Below, in pieces: positions 57,227 to 64,000 of a DNA stretch of 64,000 nt. Position 1 is the first letter of the stretch. The number at the start of each line of letters is the position of its first letter. The notes beneath the pieces are model-generated. The model made no database searches. It saw nothing but the letters and a program-made list of their open reading frames with translations, and was not told where the DNA came from. The DNA lies in the NCBI GenBank assembly GCA_951406725.2, contig OX597821.1, positions 88,164,001 through 88,228,000 of the forward strand, written 5' to 3'. The stretch is from Octopus vulgaris. Lineage: Eukaryota. Both the position numbers and the translations under genes were made by a program.

Positions 57227-58003
57227 GGTCTAGCACAAAATTTTATTTCATATCGAGCTTCCAAACGTTCCGACTGCATTCTGCAAACTTGCTAGTTGTA
57301 ACAATTAGAGTTCAGTAAAATGCGCTTGTCTCCTTCAATCTCGAATATAAAATCTGGAAGATCAGCTCGTTAAATATATAGTAATAATGTACTAAAATTA
57401 CAATAATCTACGAGGGAATTAACGCTGCTATTTCAAATAGTTCAATTGTCTACTTAAAAATGTTTTTTTTTTCCCGCTTGTTTGAAACAATCTGAATAAG
57501 GCACCACTGACGAAAATTCGAAGTCACTATCAAGAAAATTATAAGAACCTTTGTCTTTGTACATTCATACATACATACGCAAGTACATACGTATATATAA
57601 ATATACATCCCGTTGTTAATGTATGTCTTAAAGGGTAAAGACACCTGTCGGTCACAAATGCACGTAGAAAGTTCTCCTCCGAGGCACAAGTCCGAGCAGG
57701 GTTGTTTATGGAAGACCAACAGTCACTCGTGTATACCTGTTGCTCGTTTCCACGCCACTGATGTTGTCCAAAAGAAATGCGACGGCCGATACAGCTTGGT
57801 ACAAGCAACTCATTTCGACATCTGAGTGAACTGGAGCAACCTGAAATAAAGTGTCTTGCCCAAGAACACAACACCACAGCCAGGTTCGAGAATCGAAATC
57901 ACTACCTCATGATTGTGAGCCACTTACTCTAAACACTGAGCCATGCGGATACACAAATATGCGTACATACATACATACATACATACATACATACATACAC
58001 ACG

Positions 58004-58061
<58 letters not shown>

Positions 58062-58240
58062 TATCTATCTATCTATATATATATATATATATATACTTAT
58101 GTTCATTTGTTTAGCGACAATTCTAGTTATTTATTAACAGACATGTTCGTATAGAAACATATATACAAAATGCTTACTCACACATACAATTACTCGCATA
58201 CGGTGGTACACGGTACACCAATGTTATTCCAGCAATAATG

Positions 58241-58310
58241 GATATCATTAACTGTGGACAGTGGCGATACTGATATCATTAACTGTGGACAGTGATGGTA
58301 TTGATATCAC
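58241..58310. repeat. 31-bp tandem repeat, ~2.3 copies
   Basis: gatatcattaactgtggacagtg at 58241 and 58272; gatatca at 58303. Confidence 0.85.
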
Positions 58311-58420
58311 CGCTGTGTGATAATTGCTAGCATTAGCTGCCGGCTTTATTTCATGGAGTCGAGTGTAATTTGATCCATGAATCCTCACCTCTGGCAGTTA
58401 AACTGTCAGAGTTAAGCTAT

Positions 58421-58478
<58 letters not shown>

Positions 58479-58586
58479 CGTGTGCGTGTGTGCGTGTGTG
58501 TGTTCATGTGTCTGTAAATATAATTGAGTATGTCTGCATACATGTGTGTGCGTATGTGCGCGTGTAAGAGGCAAATAAAGAATCAG

Positions 58587-58617
<31 letters not shown>

Positions 58618-59654
58618 GAGAGAGGAAAAGAGAGTATGTGCATTCGTTTATGTGTGTGTGTGTGCTTCTGTGCACCTGCACATGCGCGCGTGTGTTTGTG
58701 TGTTCCTATATTTAGATGTCGATTTGGGTACGTCTCCATGGATAAATTTGCGTGTGCGATTGTGTGTATGTATGCGACATGTGTATGCTTCTCTGTGTAT
58801 AGGTGTGCATGCCTGCATGAATATGTATGAGTGCGTGTCTGTGTAAGCTAGCTAAATGTATAGATAGATAGGTGTGTGCGTGTATGCATGTATTTGGTGT
58901 GTGCATGAGTGTGTGAGTGTGTGTGTGTGTGTATGTGTGCATGCGCGCGTGTGTATGTGTATGTGAGTGTATGTGTGTGTGTGAGCATGCGTGCTTGAGT
59001 GTGTGTGTAAGTGTGCGTGCGTGTGCATGTGCGTGCGGGCGCCTGTGTGCATCTGTGCGTGCGCGTGGGTATATTTTGTATGTGAGTGTATGTATGTATG
59101 TATGTATGTATGTATGTATGTATGTATACATGTTTGTGTGTGCGTGCTTGTGTGCACGTGTGTGTGTGCGTGTGTGCATGCGTATGTGTGTGTATCAGCG
59201 TGCGTGTATATGTGCATGCGTGTGTGTATGTGCATGCGTGCGTGTATGTGCCTGCGTATGTGTGTGCGTGAGTGTATATGTTTGTGTATGCGTGTACGTG
59301 CATGTGTTTGCGTATGGGTGTGCTTGTGTATGTGCATGCGCGCGTGTGTGTGTAAATGTATGCGTGCGAATGAGTTTATGTATGTGCGTCTGTGTGCATG
59401 TGTGTGTGTGTGTGCTGCACGTCTGCGTGTGTGAGTTGTACGTGTGTGCTTGTGCGCTTTTGCGTTCCTGCATTTATTGGGGTCTGTGTCTGTGTTTGCG
59501 CGTGTGCGCTCGTGGCATTTTTTCATGCCTACATGTATGCCTACATGGACACCTCCATGTACATCTCCATCTGCGTATGCACGTGATAGTGCATAAATAT
59601 AAATATCTATGAACTTCCCTCTTACAATGATGTATGTATATGATCATATATACT

Positions 59655-60032
59655 CTTTTACTCTTTTACTCTGTTACTTGTTTCAGTCATTTGACCGTGG
59701 CCATGTTGGAGCACCGCCTTTAGTCGAGCAAATCGACCCCCAGGACTCATTCTTTGTAAGCCTACTACTTATTCTATCGGTCCCTTTTGCCGAACCGCTA
59801 CGTTACGGGGACGTAAACACACCAGCATCGGTTGTCAAGCGATGTTGGTGGGGACAAGCTCAGATACACAAACATATACACACACATACATATATAAATA
59901 TACATATACGACGGGCTTCTTTCAGTTTCCGTCTACCAAATTCACTCACAGGGCTTTGGTCGGCCCGAGGCCATAGTAGAAGACACTTGCCCAAGGTGCC
60001 ACGCAGTGGGACTGAACCTGGAAACATGTGGC
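59655..60032 (-). mobile_element. Family-A tRNA-SINE, well preserved
   Basis: Close match to the other family-A copies. Confidence 0.92.
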
Positions 60033-60705
60033 TCGCTCAGCTATCAGTTTCTTAGAATATATTAGAATATAGTCAGGAAATGTACCATGAGCTTGAAGGG
60101 GCTTTGATCCAAAATTTAGATCAATTGATTGTAATGTTGCCACGCGAATACTTCAGCAACCGGAATATATAGGTGAAAAAATAGTAAAAAACACCATGCT
60201 GAAATATTGAGCCTACATTTTACACGCAAAAATGTGAAGAAACACAATAATTTTGGATTTTGGTAAAAAAACAAAACAAAACAAAAAGAAATTAGAATTC
60301 ATTGAATTGACTTCATATTATGATTGATTCATGTTAGAATTTGAATTTTAATTCAGAACATAGAAATATATAAAAGATCATTTACGTATTTATATATTTT
60401 AGTTTAAGAGCTGCTTTCGTCACGACATTGTCTTTTGAGAATATAACAAAGAAGATGAAGACGACGATGATAACGACGACGATGACGACGACGATGATGA
60501 CGACGGTGATGATGATGATTTCTAATTTTCATACAAGGCCAAATTGAGAATATTTTTATCAATTAAATTGATCTTACTAATTCTCTGCTATTGTATTCAG
60601 TTTGGGAAAGCAGTCCCTAAGTTTTTGAGTTGTGGTTCAGGGCTGTAAGAGCTTAGACATCGGAGACACCAAAAACGCTATACATACATACATACATGCA
60701 TGCAT

Positions 60706-60738
<33 letters not shown>

Positions 60739-61903
60739 CACACATATACAAAGAATAAACTATACCGTGTTATATCGAACGATATGATGAGATGAGCGAA
60801 AGAAAAAAGACTTTGATATATTTATGATCAAATGTATGACCAACCTACTTTTATGTTTCAAATACAGCCGAGACAGAACTGCATATCTATCTAATGCATC
60901 TTTAAGTCTTTAAGACGCTGGAGTTTAATGATTCGAAGAAGACCTTGTAGCTCTTTTCTAGCATATAGGATTATCACGTGAAGGTCAACTCATTGCCGTT
61001 ATTTAATCAAATGCTTGTCTTGTCTTGACTGAATATATCTATAATTATGTGATCCATCCATAACGATCTCGTCTTCTTTCTAGATGTAGTGTATCCAATA
61101 ACGTTATCTTTTTCACTCAATAGGTTTTTACGTAGCAAGATTTGACATCCTATTTCTAGCATGCTGTGAAACCAGTGAGATCTTAATCTTAAGTGATCAG
61201 TAGAGGTGTAATGCTTTCGCCAAGTTCATTTACGCTTAGTGGGATGAGTCAGTTTAGCAATAGCCATCAATTCTCCAGGCTATCAACAATGTATATTAAG
61301 GTTCTATTTAACCTTCTCATCGCATGCGCGATGGGAAGGTTGAATATAATATTTTAAAGAGATAATGATATATACATCAAAGGTTTGTTATGCTAAGTAA
61401 TTTTTGTCCATCAATAACGTCTGTACAAAGAATTTCTCTTTCAATATATCTCTCACTTTTCCCACTCTCTCTTTCTCTCTCTTTTCCTCCTTCTCACTCC
61501 TTGTCTCCCGCTGAGTATATTCATCCAGCATTCATGTGTGCGAGTGCGCGTATATATGTGTTTATGTGCGTGCATGCGTATCTTCACTCTTCAAATGAGG
61601 ACTGAAAACAGTGTTACTAACACTAACACGCATCTATGTTCGTGACGTAGCGGTTCGACAAATAATAAGTGACAAATACTGAAAAATGTTCCAAAATCAT
61701 GATCAACTTATTCCTTTGAAATCTGCACATCAGAAGTTCAAATAATGAGAGAACTAAAAGAAAAGGTATAGTTTAATATACTTCTCTAACTATATGTTCA
61801 TACATGTATATTTCAGCGTTAGTAATGCATATACATTCAGATATAAATCTATGTGTGCAATTGTATGTATGTATGTATGTATGTATGTATGTATGTATGT
61901 ATG

Positions 61904-61947
<44 letters not shown>

Positions 61948-62930
61948 CATCTATCAATTTATCTATCTATCTATCTGTCTGTTTGTCTGTCTATCTGTCC
62001 GTCTGCTTGCCTGCCTGTCTGTCTGTTTGTCTACCCCTCTCTCTCTCTCTATATATATATATATATGTATAGAAACACTCACACACACTCACATATATAA
62101 CCATACTCAACTCACGTATACATACATATATATATATATATACATATATACATGTATAGGCGTGCAAGTATGTGTATTACAGGTAAGACAGTGTTTGCTT
62201 TATTACACATAATACTATAATGTAGTACAGTAAAACTTATGTGTGTGCTTGCGTCTACATGTGCGTGTATATGTATCTATATACACACATACACACACAC
62301 ACATATATATATATATACAGACACATACACAGATATACCACATCTAAGTGTATGTGTCATTTAATGTATTACTATGCTTTTGCGTATATGAGAACGCATG
62401 TAGATATATATGAGAGTGTGTGTAGGTGAAATGCCAAGGTTATAACTCTCCATATAGGTCTCACCCTCTCCAACCCACTGTTGAAAACCTTCACACAAAT
62501 TCGATATTCATTGCAAATTCTTACGTAAGCACAAAACATTGTCACAATTTATGGCCAAAACACGCAGTTTCTTGCTCTGCTATCATTTCTTTGTATGTTT
62601 TTATATAACAATTTTAACTTAGAATTTCTATGTCTTACGCTGTTTTCTCTATGACTCGCCGACTGTTGGCGGAGATATGCTTTTGTCTAGCGTAACTATG
62701 CATCTGAATATGTCTCTTTTATCTTTTAACATAAACCCGTGGAATTAATTCCCAGCAGGCTCGGCAAATGGTATTTCGTGTCTTGAAGGAATATTTCAGC
62801 ATAGTGATTTTGGAGTAGAGAGAGAGAGAGAGAGAGAGGAAAAGAAGCAGACAGAAATAAAGCGTGAAGGGAAAGGGAACAGAACAGATGTGGTACACAC
62901 ACACACACGCACACATATGAATATATATAA

Positions 62931-62986
<56 letters not shown>

Positions 62987-62989
62987 GTA

Positions 62990-63027
<38 letters not shown>

Positions 63028-63061
63028 CCTCTCTCTCTCTCTCTCTCCCTCTCTCTATATA

Positions 63062-63199
<138 letters not shown>

Positions 63200-63244
63200 C
63201 ATACCGTAAAATGGCTAGAGAGAGAGAGTGTGTGATGATGTGAA

Positions 63245-63985
63245 CAGGAAAGAGGAAATGTAAAGACAAAGGTATGTAAAGAAAAATACAGATGTTCGCT
63301 GAATCGAAGGAAGTTTTGAATAAACTTAAAAATGAAGGAAAGAATTATACAATCACTGAAAAGAAAGGAAGAGGAAAGAAAAGAAAGAAACAAGAAACAA
63401 GAAAGTAGAAATATTGTCGTGAATACAATAACGAAACAATGAAAGAGAAGATGAACGATAGCAGAAATGAGAGTATAGAAAGATGGACGAAATATGTATA
63501 AACTAAAGAGAAAGAGTTGAAGAAACGACAAAGATAAAATAGAAGTGATATTGGGACAAACAGCGTAGGGAAAAGTAAAAGAAGAGAGATCAAAAGATGA
63601 GCAAGAACGAAAATGTGGGAAGAATAAAGAATAACGAAAGAATGATAAAAAGAAGTTAAGTTCAAAAATCAAGTGAAATATAGAAAGAATTGAAAAGACG
63701 TCAATTCAAGAAAGGAAATATACGAAGGAAAAATAGGAAGGCTGACCTGAAGAAAATATGGATAGAAGGAAATTAAACATTTCATTTGAAAGAAAGGAAA
63801 TGCGAGAAGATAAAGAATGAATAATGTAAGACGTCAAGGACAATAATGAAGGAGAAGTTTATTTGAAAGGAAATAAAGGGCGAACGGTTAAAAAAATGGC
63901 GTACGGAAAGAAGGAAGACAAGACCAGGGATTGAGAAAGGAGCAAAGAAAATGGAAGAAACTAAGAAATAAACCCTAGAAAAATT
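63245..63985. repeat. Purine-rich (GAA/AAAG-like) low-complexity tract
   Basis: Strong A/G strand skew over ~740 bp. Confidence 0.8.
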
Positions 63986-64000
63986 ATGGTGATGGTGGCG

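Noticed and set aside
58241-58310. CRISPR-like short repeats
   Set aside because: Simple 31-bp tandem duplication in eukaryotic DNA; no spacers or cas genes.

Overview
AT-rich, microsatellite-saturated animal genomic DNA. The SINE families and the (TA)n/(CA)n/(TAGA)n density point to an octopus or other coleoid cephalopod (inference from recalled repeat sequences, not a database search). Almost all ORFs in the supplied track are microsatellite artefacts. The window is mostly intronic or intergenic and holds: dozens of tRNA-derived SINE copies (three or four families), an internally deleted RTE LINE (19.9-21.6 kb), non-autonomous Helitrons (18.3-19.6, 22.0-22.2, 22.8-23.2 kb), MITE-like elements, a decayed Penelope-like (PLE) thumb/GIY-YIG fragment (47.1-47.8 kb) and many short PLE-type terminal fragments sitting inside (TA)n tracts. 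The most notable signal is about 11 type I hammerhead ribozyme (HHR) motifs, read by eye, in those fragments. Several have complete or near-complete cores and palindromic, dimer-type loop III, nearly all lie on the minus strand, and one sits in a ~465-bp tandem unit resembling a retrozyme. Long fold-back palindromes accompany them. A few exon-like pieces suggest a large minus-strand host gene (candidate last exon 697-869 ending ...VSTL*, candidate transmembrane exon 49191-49286), but it cannot be named. Repeat boundaries are approximate.
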